A stretch of DNA of 63,643 nt, filler included, from Hyphochytrium catenoides (taxonomy: Eukaryota > Protista > Hyphochytriomycota): assembly GCA_900088475.1 (NCBI GenBank). It is 7 parts of 7 records of this genome, joined end to end, with 100 filler letters (N's around TTAATTAATTAA, not from the genome) between each part and the next. Parts side by side here need not be neighbours in the genome. Positions count along the whole stretch, not along the records: positions 21,107 to 26,725 come from FLMG01001601.1; positions 26,826 to 39,590 come from FLMG01004108.1; 5 more parts are not named here. One strand, given 5' to 3'. Positions within the stretch are counted from its first letter, which is position 1. Every line of letters begins with the position of its first letter. Shown here piece by piece: positions 21,196 through 34,144 of this stretch. Both the position numbers and the translations under genes were made by a program. The notes under the pieces are model-generated. The model was not told the DNA's origin. It did not search any database and worked only from the letters and a program-made list of their open reading frames with translations.

Positions 21196-24100
21196 GCCCG
21201 CAAAATGGCTCTACCTTGTACCAAGGAGAACTCTACCGGTTTACGTTAAGCTTGAAGCCTGACGCGGGAGTCCATCTCATGACGTCAAACTGCTCCTTGG
21301 AGGTGACGACTGACAACAATCTTATAGCATTTAACGTTTCTAGTCCAGCTAGAAGAATCACACTATCGGCGTCAACTCGCGAGGGCTGGTCCGGCTTTGA
21401 ATTCAGTTTCGGTATCCCTCTCTCGGCCGAGTTGACAAAGTCAATGTACGTGGAGCGCCTCATCTTCACTCTGGACCCGAATTGCAGCTTTACTCAGTCC
21501 AGTTCATTTTCTGAGATCTCTTTGAGCTACTATATACAGTCAACGCATGACGCAGGAGGGGTCCAAGTTCGCGAAGTGACCTCTCCTTGGACGGCGATGT
21601 CTTTCATCCACGTGACAGTGCCAGCTCCTCCTACCTTACCAATCTTTCTGATGCTAGGTCGGCAGAACGGCACTTCCCTAGAGCCTCTAGTCCTAGATCC
21701 TAGAGATTCCAGATACTCGCCCTATGGCCTCCATGGGACGGTTCTTACTGGCCATTCCTGGCTCAGAACAGTCCGTTGGGCGGTGATGAAAAACAATTCG
21801 TCCCCTTTACATTTGGATCTATTAATCTCTACGATGAAGCAGGGCTATCCCACTGAGGACCTCAATGTCAATAGGGCATTCTATCCTGCCCTTAGGAGAG
21901 CATGTCACCTCTCGACATTAGAGAGTTTGGCAGACAACGATCTAGAGAATCTTCTGTCGTGCCCTCTACCGGATACTAGTCTAGGCGTCAACCCTTGCGC
22001 GACTGCAGTGTGCCAAAGACTATGCGTCGATGGATCCTGCAACCCCCTTAGCACTCCGTGTCTGCTGCAAGTTGCTAGGTACTGTGCCTACCTAAACCAG
22101 TCTAGCCCTCATTGTCAGACACCGGTCACTAGGAACTTGGTCTCAGCTCTAACAGATATCTCGACTAATTGCTCCCGCAGCATTGGAGTACAGCCATCAG
22201 GGCAGTATAGCTTCGACCCTGTATTGGTGTTCACCGCTGGACTAATGGACGGGATGGTTGTGGACCATGGAGCCACAGTGACCCTGAGCTTCCATCTTAG
22301 CTCTCCACCTGTCTCCACTGTCAATGTTCAACTCTCTAGCGTCAAGGGAAAGATGGCAGTTTTTGCACCGGCACAGCCCTCCTGGCAGTTCACAGCAGCC
22401 AACTGGTCAACTCCACAGACTGTGACCCTTATCCAGTCAAACCTCAGTACGGTCTTCGCTCCTGGTAAATGGTCTACGATAGAGGCCTTGAACTTCAGCG
22501 TGTCTCTCAAGCATCCTGCCGAAGGAGACATCACCAACCTCACAGTCTTTCAGCGAGTACGCATCCACCGCACCTCTCAGCCGCTTTCGGTTGGGGTCAC
22601 TCTGTCCTCTAATGCCGTTTCTGTCACGTCATTGGTGGTTAACCTGAGATATCCACCTCAAGAAGTTGCCAATATCTCGTTATGGATTGTCGATCGTGGA
22701 GAATGGTTAGATTCAGGTGATGAAGTCGTTTATACCTTGGGCCATGTCCTTTTCTCTCCTGCTGACTGGGAGCTGCCGCGGTCTATCACAGTCTTGGGTA
22801 CTACCTTAGAAGAGTTCCCCCAAGGAAGAGATTTGGAGGTGCAGTTCTCTTCCGAGAGCTTGGATCCATCTTTCAACTTTAGTTCTAGTCAGGAGTGCCT
22901 CGATCTTAGCAACCAACGCCCCTTTACTGCTCAATTCGGTGGAAATGGCGATTATTCTGCCAACGTTGCCATAGTGGACTGTCCTTTCCAACCTGGTCAT
23001 CCGGAGCTAAGCCCTTGCTTGATGGACTTGTGCGGCAATGGGACGCACTATTATGGCTCTGCCTATTGCCAAGACTACGTCTTGGACTACTGCAATGACG
23101 TGCAGGACCCCAGTTGCCCGATACTTTCTATAACGACTGCGTCTCAAGGGGAAGAACAGGCGGACGCTCCCAGCCACATTCCCGCCCTACTTTCTTGCCA
23201 GGAGCCAATACTTTTGCGCCTGCATCGGCTAAACTCGGAGCCTCTCCCATACCCTGTACTCCCACCAACAGCAGCACCAACCATTCAGCCTAGTGCTGCG
23301 CCCACGCCATCACTTACGGCAGCCCCGACGGTATCACCTGCCTCGGAACCAAGCCCTTATCCCACTCCTCAACTAACGCCTCCTCCGACTGCGAAACCCA
23401 CACCGTCTCCAGCCCCAACAACGTCCCCCACAGTGCAGCCAACACCAGCGCCAACACCGGCGTTATTAGGGGGCAGTGTGCCTCCTAGAATAAGTAGGGC
23501 GGTGGTTTCAGACACTGAACGGGTCGTCAACATCCAGTTTGACATGGACGTCAGACTTACGAAGATGCCCTGCGACCCTGCAACAGTATTCTCAACCACT
23601 ACTTACCATCTTCTCGGCCCTGACATCATATGCAGCTTGAAGGACGCTAGGACGCTTAGGGTCTCGACGGCAACCGCCACGAACGATCTTCCGAACGTTG
23701 CTTTTGAAGGCCCAGCCTTGATACTGACTCTTAATGTCAACCAGATTGTAGCTGTTACCTCAGGCAACGGACTGGCTAGTGGAGCCGTGACCTTGGAGAG
23801 ACGGAAAGCTGCCCCCAGACTTATGTCCGCACGGTTCCAGAATACCGGCGCCTCCGTCACAATCAAATTTCAGTATCCCTCCGATTTCTCTCTTTCCACC
23901 TATAAGGGGATGGTTGACTGTGCTCTGGGTCTCCATGCCGAGAGTGTTAAATTGTTAGGCGGAGGAGCCCGCTGCGGTTGGGAATCAGGAACCTCTCTAG
24001 TGGTGCGCCTAGGAGTAGGAGCAACACTTCAGCCCACAAGCATTGCTTCTCCTGTTGCGCAACACAATAGCTCCGAATGCCTGCAGACTAACTCCACTAT

Positions 24101-26725
24101 TAATCTTCTCTCGGGAGCTATTAGACCCGTCAGAAACAGCGTCGTCTCCAGTTCTGGTTGTGTGGAAGTCCAACCACCCCTGGATCCTCCTTCTGTGAAG
24201 GTTTCCCTGATCGCACCGATGATGATCTCACGGTGTGAGAATTTGACTATAGATGCCTCCCTCACCCAAGGGAATGCCGGGCGTGAGGTGGTGTTCTCCT
24301 GGACAGTGACCAGCAACTCGACAGTAAGCCTCATTCCTTGTTTTTTTTGCTGGTATTGCAAGGGCCCTGCAGATGACGCGTTGTTGGACTCTGTCTTAGT
24401 GTCTTTCTGTCTTTCATTCCCCCTACTCTCTGGGCCGTGGTCTTGCTCTTTTGGCCCTACACTTGGGTTGACGCTACTTTTTTGATGTCCTCCTTGCAGA
24501 TGCCAACCGCCTTGAACGCGTTGGTGTCGGTGGCAAACTCTGCGCTGCTGTGGATCCCTTCATCGCTTCTGGAGACCGACACGAGATACACATTTACAGC
24601 TGTTGGCACGAATTATCTTGGTGCCAAGGGAAATGGAACTGTTGTCGTGTTGAAGAAGGGCCTTGACCTTCCCATCATTACTCCCATCACTGCCTTAGAC
24701 AGGTAGCGCATGGGGAGCGCAGAGTAGCGACTAGTAGAGAAGGCAGGCTTGAAACAGAGAGATAGAGAAAAGCATGGGAGGTGTGGACCAAAACAAAGGA
24801 GACAAAATAAGATGTCACACCAACAGAACAGAGGGAGAAGCTCAGAGATGTAACTTATAGATTAATGGGTGTGTCCCACACTTTATAAGCGGCTACTGGG
24901 TGTAACTAACTCGACCTCGTCGCAATCTCGCTTGCGGCTCCAGGACAGTTCTGCGGGACGAAAGCTTGCTTCTGCGCGGCCTTGGGCGGATGACTCTATG
25001 TGACCCCACAGTGAACTCTACTGATTCGACATTGACCTACAACTGGACCCAGGAAGAGGAAGACAATGCCAAACTTCAGCTTCAGCTTTTCCGGGAGCCT
25101 GATGGCCGGTCGCTAAGATTCCGCCCTGGATCATTAGTGCCTGGGAACACTTACAACTTTGTGCTCACCGTGACACACGGCACCAAGACAGCGAAAGTCC
25201 TTCAGAACAGCCTGACTTTTAGAATTACCGTGGCCCCTGCTAACGTTGTGGCGAGGTAGGAGCTCACGCGAGTGTCGAATATGCTATTCCGTACCTGTAC
25301 TTCCTCGTTATCTCGTTTCCCTTCTCCTTCTCTTTCTCCTTCCGTTTTCTTCACTTCCCTCTCGCTAGCTCTCACCCTCCACGTCCTTCTCCATCATAGT
25401 AATCGTCATCTCCAGCTTGAGAACACTGTGTCATGAGGGCCTGCCCAGCTCTTTTTGCTTCCCTGTGTCTGCCTCTACGTGTCTTTCCCTGGTGCCAGTG
25501 ACGCTCCGCATGTCTCTTTTTAGGTTGGTCGGCGGCAACCGGACAGGGTCTGCCAGCGAGGATGTCTTCTTCTACGGTCACGAGTCCTTCGATCCGTCAT
25601 ATGTTGATAACCCCGAGACAAGCTACCTATGGTCCTGCTTCATGGGTCCGGATATTTCTATCCGCCTGCCCTGCCACGCTGGAAGCGACCCAACAGCCAT
25701 TGAAAACTGGCTCCAGAATGAGGGAAAAGCTCTGAGGATTCCAGCTGGCACCTTTATCGGGGGCGAACAGGTATGGGTGGAGCTCAACTACACAGTGACC
25801 TCGCAAAACAATCTGATAGGAAGCCGCTGGTCCGTGGTGCGGTCGTATGTGGACTATGACGTGAGGGAAGGGCTGCCGAGGGTACTAGCAAGAGTGGTCA
25901 ACCCTCTAAATCTTAGAAAAATGGATCCACAAAAGCGGCTGCATCTTAACGCTAGTGTTGTGTCTTCTTCGTCGAATCTGAGCCTCTCCTGGAGCATTGT
26001 AAGTGTCTGAGATAGTGTGATGCGCCTCTAATCTCTTTCCGAATATATCTGTATGTCTGGAGTTTTCGTTCCTGGCTGTCGCTGTGTCTCGGAGACCTCA
26101 CCTGCAGTGAACCTTCTCATCTTGGACCTTTAAGCCCTAGGTGTTCCCCAGTACCACTGGGGCGCCCTTTTCCTTTCGATTCTCCTTCTGCCTTTGTCTT
26201 AGGCTTTTCCTCTCCTCATTTCTCTCTCCTTCCTTATCGACTTTCTCTCACCATGACTTTTCATGTCCGTCACCTAGGATGAGCTTCTGGACCAACCACT
26301 TATAGGGATCTTCAGCACTACAATGAACAGTAGAGACCTAGTGGTCAGGCCAAATGTGCTGGTACCTGGCGCAGTTTACACCTTCACTCTCAGCGCCGTG
26401 ACGCCGAGAAATGAGGTGGGCCGCGGCTCTGTGACAGTGGTGATGAATGCTCCACCGAGTTCAGGGTACATCTCCGTCTCCCCTCTCAGTGGCACTGTGC
26501 TCAGCACCTCCTTCACCCTCAGCGCCTCGAGCACATGGACGGATGATGTGGCGGACTACCCGCTGAAGTACTGGTTCAAGTACATCCCGGGCAACAGGAC
26601 AGATACTGTTACTCTGATAGATGAGGTTCCTCTGGCCCTCTCATACCGAGAGACCTCCTCTTTGAGAACTCCTCTTCCAGCCGGGATAGGGGCCACTAGT
26701 CTCAATACCATCGTGATCTATGTAG
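21196..26725 (+). CDS. Large polycystin/REJ-domain extracellular protein, internal fragment of at least 5 exons, truncated at both ends
   Basis: REJ-type segments (LTIDASLTQGNAGR..FSW, L.PG.TY.F.LTV, SFDP..YLWSC, VVMNAPPSSGYISVSPLSG..TSFTLSA..WTDD..DYPLKY), a PT-rich linker and upstream Cys modules. Confidence 0.8.
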
Positions 26726-26825
26726 NNNNNNNNNNNNNNNNNNNNNNNNNNNNNNNNNNNNNNNNNNNNTTAATTAATTAANNNNNNNNNNNNNNNNNNN
26801 NNNNNNNNNNNNNNNNNNNNNNNNN
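26726..26825. other. Artificial scaffold spacer
   Basis: N44-TTAATTAATTAA-N44. Confidence 0.97.
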
Positions 26826-29800
26826 GCAATGACCTGGAGCTCAACTAGGCAGGTCATCTCTCCACCTCCGGCTCCTCCTGCTCCCTCTGGCCCTCCCAAT
26901 AGGAACCCTAGATCTGATACTATTGCATACGCATGCATCTGCCTCCGATGAGAAGCTCCGTCACTGAAAGGAGAGAGGGAGAGAGTCGTTAATCTAACTG
27001 TTTATGTGCAGCTACGTATGTTGACAATTAACAGGACAAACTGTCGGATATATGACAGAGGAACATTCAGAGAGAGAGAGACAGAGAAGCCTTGAAGACA
27101 ATTAGCATTGAGGTCTAGCGGTATAAGAAGCACAAAGAAGCATTAATATCTCGTAGTGTCCGAGTTAATGGCCTTCTATCTGTCATTTTCAACGTACCGA
27201 ATGAACGGAGAGAGAGCAAGAGAGAGAAGGAGAAAGAGAGAGAAAGAGAGAGAGGAGAAGAATCAAGATGCGCGATAATTGAAAAGTTGGCGGTTACTTC
27301 TAAATACCTTGGCGGGATTACGTAGATTGCGTCTCCAAGAGAAGCGGCTATGTCACTAGGCCTGGGATCTGACTTATGAAACGCACAAACGGCCTTGACA
27401 GCCGCTGTCGCTTTCTGCCATAACCCTAAAAATTGCTCCGAGGAGAGACGCTTCTCCTTTTCAATATATTGGAGACTGCGCAGGTCCTAGGTAACAAAGG
27501 AATGAGCTGCCATGTTCTGAGAGTCAGGTTGGCCCGATAGGAGAGTTAAGCAAAATGGAGTGGCGTGTGCCTATGGAAGTGGATCGCAGCTTGCTGGATG
27601 ATAAATGAAACAGGAGGACGATAGATGTTAGGAAGGCGAAAGATTAGAGGAAAGTGAAGAGAGAAGAAGGGTAAACAGGAACCGTTAGCGTCGGAAAGTG
27701 GAGGAAAGGATGACCTCGCTGATTGCCTGGCCTTCATCAAATGACTCCGCACCAAGGTAGGACCGCCCTCTCCCCCTATAGATTTATCACCAGCAAAGCA
27801 AAAAGAGGAGAATGAGGACCGGCGGCGTTAAATGGAAGAGGAGAAAAGAGAGAGATGGATCCGGCCAGAATTTAGGGAGAAAGCCCTCAAGAGAGGTTGA
27901 TTGGAAAGGAGAGGGAAAGGGAGAAACAGAAAAGAGGAGAAGGAGAGCAAGAGCGAAGATTAGGCCATCGAAGTCGGGGATGATACGAAGGGGAACTGTA
28001 GAATAATTTAAGCAGACACTAGCATGACTTCCAAGGAGTGCATCAGTACCAAGAAGGACTCAGTGACGTAGTAAAGGAGAGGAGTAGGTGAGGTGGAGAA
28101 AGAGAGAAAGAGAGAGAGACACAGAGAGAGAGCGGGAGAGAGAGAGAGAGAGAGCGAGAGGGCGAGAGAGAGAGCGCGATAAAGAGGGATCATGCAGAGG
28201 GAAAGAACTAGAAAGTAATGTTGCTCTTAGACTGGAAAAGGTAGAGGGGATGCCATCCAGAGGACAGCGACCAAAAATTTAGAGGACAATGGAATAGCAC
28301 AGTGAGAGACAACGATATATGAAGGCTTTCCCCCAGACCTGGAAAGGGAGTCTGCCGTGTACCCTCTCCTTCGGCCATCGTGGGCGCCGAGTCCAGAGTC
28401 ATCAATACTATTACGATGGCCATCCTCCAATGTCAATGTGATGCTTCTCGCCTGATTCTGACTGCTGAGAGACGGGTCAGACGTAGCGCTACCGTCAGCA
28501 GCGGGAGGCACATCGTGCTCTGTGGAGTCTGCTGTCCTTCCCCCGTCATGCATCTCTTCTTCAGATCAGATGTGGTCTTATTGACGGGCTCACGTCTGTT
28601 CCAACTTCAATCCCACGTATCCGCCATCTTTAGCACCCTATGAAAGCCCTTCTCTGCCATGGCTCTGGCGGCAAGGACGCAACGACTGCATGGCCTTGAG
28701 ATGGATTAGAGGCGCTTATGTTACTCTAGAGCTTGCCCCTAACCCTGATGGCAGACTGAGCTTCGAAGATCTGAAGCCGTCATCGGAATTGTGCCGCTTG
28801 AAGAAATCTCTCTATTAGTGAAAGCTTCGTGCCTGTACAAATGTATGAAGATCCGCAGCCGCTTCTGCTCTGGCTTTTGGGTGCCGCCTTCCCGAAAGAG
28901 CTTTGTCTCTTCTGATAGCTTTTCTGACATTGGCTAACCGAATTTATAGAGCAGGCTTCATCACCAAAATTCGGAAATAGCTATGATTATCACCTCTAAA
29001 GGCAGCTATAGATTTGATAATCAAATCTTAACTAGATCATTTTCTATAAGTTATCCGTACCAGTCACTCAAAACAGTAGAAAAGCAGTGCAAAACGACCG
29101 ACTAACGCGATCCTTTGAAGATCCAGAGCTCCACTTTGCAATGAATGCAGGCTGCTAAACCTGCTACGAAGTGGTCCCTCAAATCTCCTGAGGGAAGACT
29201 TGAGGGTGGGAGCATGATGGTTAGCAGGCTCGATTGCCTGCGGGCCTGCAATGAACCTGATGACGGACGATGACAGACTGGAAGAAGAGGGAGGAACAGA
29301 AGAAGGGTAGAAGATGCTTGAGAGAAAGGAGGAAGTGGGAGAGGAAAAAAGAAACGAGAAGAGGTCATCATCGCTGCGAGATGTGACGTTATCAAAGAAC
29401 AATCTTATCTTTCTTGTTGACGAGAGGAGGACCCCGACCGGACGAGGGACCAGCAGAGAAGGGAGACGAACAGCACTGCAGGACCTATGTTGGCACTATT
29501 GTTGGAAAGGCTTAGTCATCCCGCACGACAACTCATATGCACGAAAGGGGTGAAGAATGATACTGTAACTCCTCTTGAGAAAGAAGCTCTCAGTTCGTAC
29601 AACCTCAGCATATTGCTGTTGCCATCTTGGAAAAAGTGAAGCCTCCATCTACTTCCCAGGCATCAAGATGCAAAAGGGGGAAGTCCATAAATAAGCATAA
29701 ACAAGAAGCAATGTATTTTATGGGAACACTACTGTCTTGTCACTGGGAGCAATCCTCATTATAAACTCTTGCGATAACGGGAAACCTCCAACACGGTTAG

Positions 29801-31639
29801 ACAGCCGCCTTCCTTCGGGAAAAAGACAGAGAGAACCAATGAAAGCCTTATCGCAAGCAGAATCCGACAGAAAGCTGCTACAATAAGTAGCGATTGTCTG
29901 TTTGTCGTAAAGAAAGGTCCGTCATCGCCAGATGGATGATATACTCCGGAGTAGCAAAGCGCACAGAAGCATATCAATAGGGGATCTTCTAACAATATGT
30001 AGAAGTAGGAACTAGTGGCGATTTCTGACGTTGACTAGGAGGCAGATACGTGAACGGGAAAAGTGAAACAAGAGGAACAGAAGAAGAGGAAACAATGAGA
30101 GTCATAAAAATGTCCAAACAGGTGTGTGCACGAAGCGTCACCCTTCAGACTGAGTAGCGTATTCTGATAGAGATATTGCAATGCAAGTAGCAGTGATGGC
30201 TCTGTTTGACAAGAAGCCCTTTATAAAGAAGAAGGGTCCGGAAGGACATATGGGAAGCGAAAAGCTCCCTGTCCTCTTACTACTACTCGTACAGTCTTAT
30301 GAACAGATATTGCCAGTACCGATAGTCAATCATAATCCAACGGCAACTCAATATTGGGGAAGATGATGATATGAAGGGTCGGGCTCAAGAAGAGACGCCA
30401 TCGCGAGAGCAACGAAGTTTCGTCTACAGTAGTGGCTGACATCGTAGTTCCCTGATCTTGGCCAAAGAATTGAGGGTATAAACTTCCAGACTTTGTACAA
30501 GTACTTGTAGGTGGATTGTGAAGATGAACCTGGGCTGTTGGGTCGCCCTAGCATGATGCAGCACAAGCACACAAGTATCAAGGCACACATGTACCTGGCA
30601 GATGCAAGGAGTGCTGTAGGTCCAAAAGTGAAGTGAACTGCACTAAGCGTCACACTTCGAATTGGAGATCCCTGATCTGTGCCAGACAACACTGCTCAAG
30701 GTCTCCACAGCCACTTGTTTGTCCCACGAGCCAGTGAGGGTGTCACCTAAGCGAAGAGGAAGCAGCAATATTAGAGATTGAAGTGAGGGCGCCCCTTGCC
30801 CTGATCTCATTCTACTTCCCCATCTTCTGCACTCACTCATCCAACATCCTCCTCATCTATGGATAAGCTGTTGTCGAGGCCAATGTTAGATGAAGAGCCT
30901 CTCTGGCCCATCCATGAGCTGGCCAAAGCTTTCAAACTTGACAAGCAGGGAAGAGCCCATAAGATACTAATAGTAAGTAAAGAGAGGATGCAGAAGAAGA
31001 ATAGTTCAGGTGCTGATGAGATGATGTCAACGAGCCAACAATCTTCAACATTCAAATACAGTCAAAACTGGACATAAGGCCCAAAGATTTCCTAAATCAT
31101 GGGCTGTTGATAGGGGAAAGTAAAGGGAGTTGCAGTTGAATTTCTATTGGTCGGACAGCGTTTGCCTAAGAAATGACAGTTGAAAGTTTCTGTACTTCCA
31201 GCTCCAGGGTCAAAGGGAGCATCTGCCATATTTTAGACTGTATGACCAGAGTCCATCTGATTGGCTGGACCATTCTTATTCCATCTGTCTCGATTGCTCA
31301 TTCTTAATATTGTATGCTTGGATCTGTGATAGCTTTGAGTGTGCAGCAGTCTTACAGTTTCCACCAAAGCTAGGTATTCCTGATGAAGACTCCTTGTTAG
31401 AGGGCAAAGGATAGAACGGGAGCAGTTTCTAAATTACTAAATTTTGTATAGGCTTTGGACGTGTTAGTTTAGAACATGGTCTAACGTTTAGGAGTTTAGG
31501 ATATTCTTTAGCGTAATAAAGAATCTGATTCTTTGGCGTCTATGTGCTTTTGGACGAGAGACTGGAGGTCTTCGACCAGCCAATTGACCCGCATCATCCC
31601 GTGACCAGCCTTTCAGAACTTTCGGCTAAACCGTGCATT

Positions 31640-32441
31640 TCTCTCTTTTTCTCTCTCTCTCTCTCTCTCTCTCTTTCCTTCTCTCTCTCTCTCTCTTCCC
31701 CTCTCTCTTTCTCTTCCTCTCTCTCTCTCCCTCTCTCTCTTTCTCTATATCTCTCTTCCTATCTCTCTCTCTTCTTCCCTCTCTCTTTCTCTCTCTCTTT
31801 CTTTCTCTCTCTCTCTCTATGCTCTCCACTCACATCAGAACCACCTCACACGCACTTGCTATTCTATCATCTTTCTCTCTCTCTCTCTTATCTCTCTCTT
31901 TCTCTTATCTCTCCGTTCTTTCTTCTCTCTCTCTTTCTCCCCTCCGCTCTCTCAACTGATGGACTCGCTCTCTTCTGCTGCACCCAATCTTTCCTCTCAG
32001 CCTGTTATCGATCGTCANNNNNNNNNNNNNNNNNNNNNNNNNNNNNNNNNNNNNNNNNNNNNNNNNNNNNNNNNCTCTCTCGGATGACAATCTTCTTTTA
32101 CCTCGGATCAGCAACTTCCCTTCCTGCACTCTCTTCTTAGACGTCCTCAGCTTCAGAAGAGAGTGCACCATGGCATTCATCATCCTGCAGAACCTCTTCT
32201 TCGTCTTCTCCTTCTCTCTCTCTTGCATTGGTTTCTCCTTTAGCTCTCCCCGTCCTCTCTCTCTGCTCTTCTAAGAAGGCTCTCTCTCTCACTCTCTCTC
32301 TCTCTCNNNNNNNNNNNNNNNNNNNNNNNNNNNNNNNNNNNNNNNNNNNNNNNNNNNNNNNNNNNNNNNNNCTCTCTCTCTCCTCTTCTCTCTCTCTCTC
32401 CTTCTCTCTCTTTCTATCTCTCTCTCTCTCTCTCTCATCTT

Positions 32442-32479
<38 letters not shown>

Positions 32480-32510
32480 TCTCTCTCTTCATTCCCTCTC
32501 TTCTCTCTTC
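31640..32510. repeat. (CT)n-rich microsatellite region with N gaps
   Basis: Directly visible. Confidence 0.93.
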
Positions 32511-32725
32511 AACCGTGTGCTTCCTTTCTGCCTCTTTGCTATTTCTCAGTTGAAGGAAATCCAGAGAGCAAGGTTCCGGCGATCTATTCTCTCTCCTCTC
32601 AACACTCTACAACTTTCCCGGCAGCACCCACAAAAGACCATCGGCACGGTCTCTTCTCTCTCTCTCTCTCTCTCTCGGTTCTTTCTCCCGACTCTGTCTC
32701 GCTCATTAACTCTCTAATAAGCACC

Positions 32726-33634
32726 ATGAAGACAGCTTTCCTCGCGTCCACTTTCATCGCTGGTCTCGCCGCAGTCCAAGGCGAAGTTATCTGCGAGCTG
32801 GTCAACTGGCAAGAGTACATTCCTCAGGTCCAAGCCGCTAACTTTGTGACTCAATGGGCGCAGGAGACGGGCCTGATCAAGGCAGCAGCCAAGCTTCTCA
32901 ACCCTCTGAAGCTAGACGATGTCCCGATCCAAGCTGACACCTTCAACATCTTGGGCAGTGACTGGATCCTCGACACACAGATCCAACATGCTGTCATTGA
33001 CGGCCTACAGTCCGTGTACATTAGCCCAGTGAACGTCACGGGACCGACCACGATGCAGCTTGGCGGAGGGATGAACGATCTGAAAGCTGATCTCTCTCTT
33101 GAGATCAACATCACGCAGCCTTCAGGGCGCTTCTTAGGAAGAGACTGGTGCTTCTCTTTGAAGTTCTGGAAGGCTTGTGAGCCACGTACTGTCCAGCTTC
33201 GGACCCTCGTTGGCTTGCAGAAGGCTTCTCTCTCTGCCGTTGCTAATGTTGAGATCGTTAAGTGTGGCGGACAGGACTGGCTAGACAAGCTGGCCTGCAG
33301 GTTCAAGTCTGCCTTTGAGTTCCTGAAGTCTCTCTTCAGCAAGCCGATCACCGACAGCCTGCTCAAGAGAGTGCGTTCTGCACGCCTGGACTCTCTCACC
33401 ATCAACTTTGATGCTATCACGGAGCTAAAGCTTGACATTGTGAACGACGGGAAAGTAGAAGAGGCACTGCTGAACCAGGCAATCAAGATTGGCAAAAGTC
33501 TGACAAACAAGTCCGGGCTCGTGCAGAACCTTGTGGAGAAGACCGTGAGCGAGGTTGGACTGATCATTGCCAATGAGGAGATTGAGCATATCGGAGAGGG
33601 GAAGTTCCTGGGCAACTGCGTCCGCCGCCTTTAG
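32726..33634 (+). CDS. Secreted protein of unknown function, 302 aa, single exon
   Basis: CACC-ATG context, signal peptide MKTAFLASTFIAGLAAVQG, six Cys, complex sequence with strong coding bias. Confidence 0.85.
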   Translation: MKTAFLASTFIAGLAAVQGEVICELVNWQEYIPQVQAANFVTQWAQETGLIKAAAKLLNPLKLDDVPIQADTFNILGSDWILDTQIQHAVIDGLQSVYISPVNVTGPTTMQLGGGMNDLKADLSLEINITQPSGRFLGRDWCFSLKFWKACEPRTVQLRTLVGLQKASLSAVANVEIVKCGGQDWLDKLACRFKSAFEFLKSLFSKPITDSLLKRVRSARLDSLTINFDAITELKLDIVNDGKVEEALLNQAIKIGKSLTNKSGLVQNLVEKTVSEVGLIIANEEIEHIGEGKFLGNCVRRL

Positions 33635-34144
33635 AGCGGGTACCGATAGGTTTCTGGGATCTGGTCTCTCTCTTTCTCACTTTTCCTCTTCTCTCCATTC
33701 GATTCATCCAGTCTTTCAACGGAAGCGGAGAGATATAGAGAGAGAGGGAAGACCCACTCAAGAAGAGCTGAGACACTGCTAGATGTCTTTCACTTTAAAC
33801 ACTCTTTTTATAAAAAGATAAAGCTAACTAATCTACTATATATTTCCCCTTTGAATGGCCCCGCTCGCTGGCTTCGTCGTTGGCCACTGCCTCCGCTTTC
33901 AGGCAACCTTTCTCGTTCGCGTTCTCTCTTTCTCTGTTTCTCTCTCTCTCTTGCGATCTCCATCTCCTTTCTTTTCCACTGCGGTCAGCGCTCATCCTCT
34001 CTCTCTCTCTTACCATCGTTCTTTGGCTTTATCCATTTATACCTTGGTCAAACAGATTATATTGATTCTTATAGAAAGAGGAAGGGAGTGTGGGCCCAAA
34101 GAGAGAAAACGAGAGAGAGAGAGAGGAGAAGGAGGTATGCCACC

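Noticed and set aside
30420-30640. Repeated in-frame TAG suggesting stop-codon reassignment
   Set aside because: Well-supported genes in the window end in TAG, TGA and TAA, and none needs read-through.
32851-33615. 254-aa antisense ORF
   Set aside because: Shadow of the codon-biased sense gene, with no independent features.
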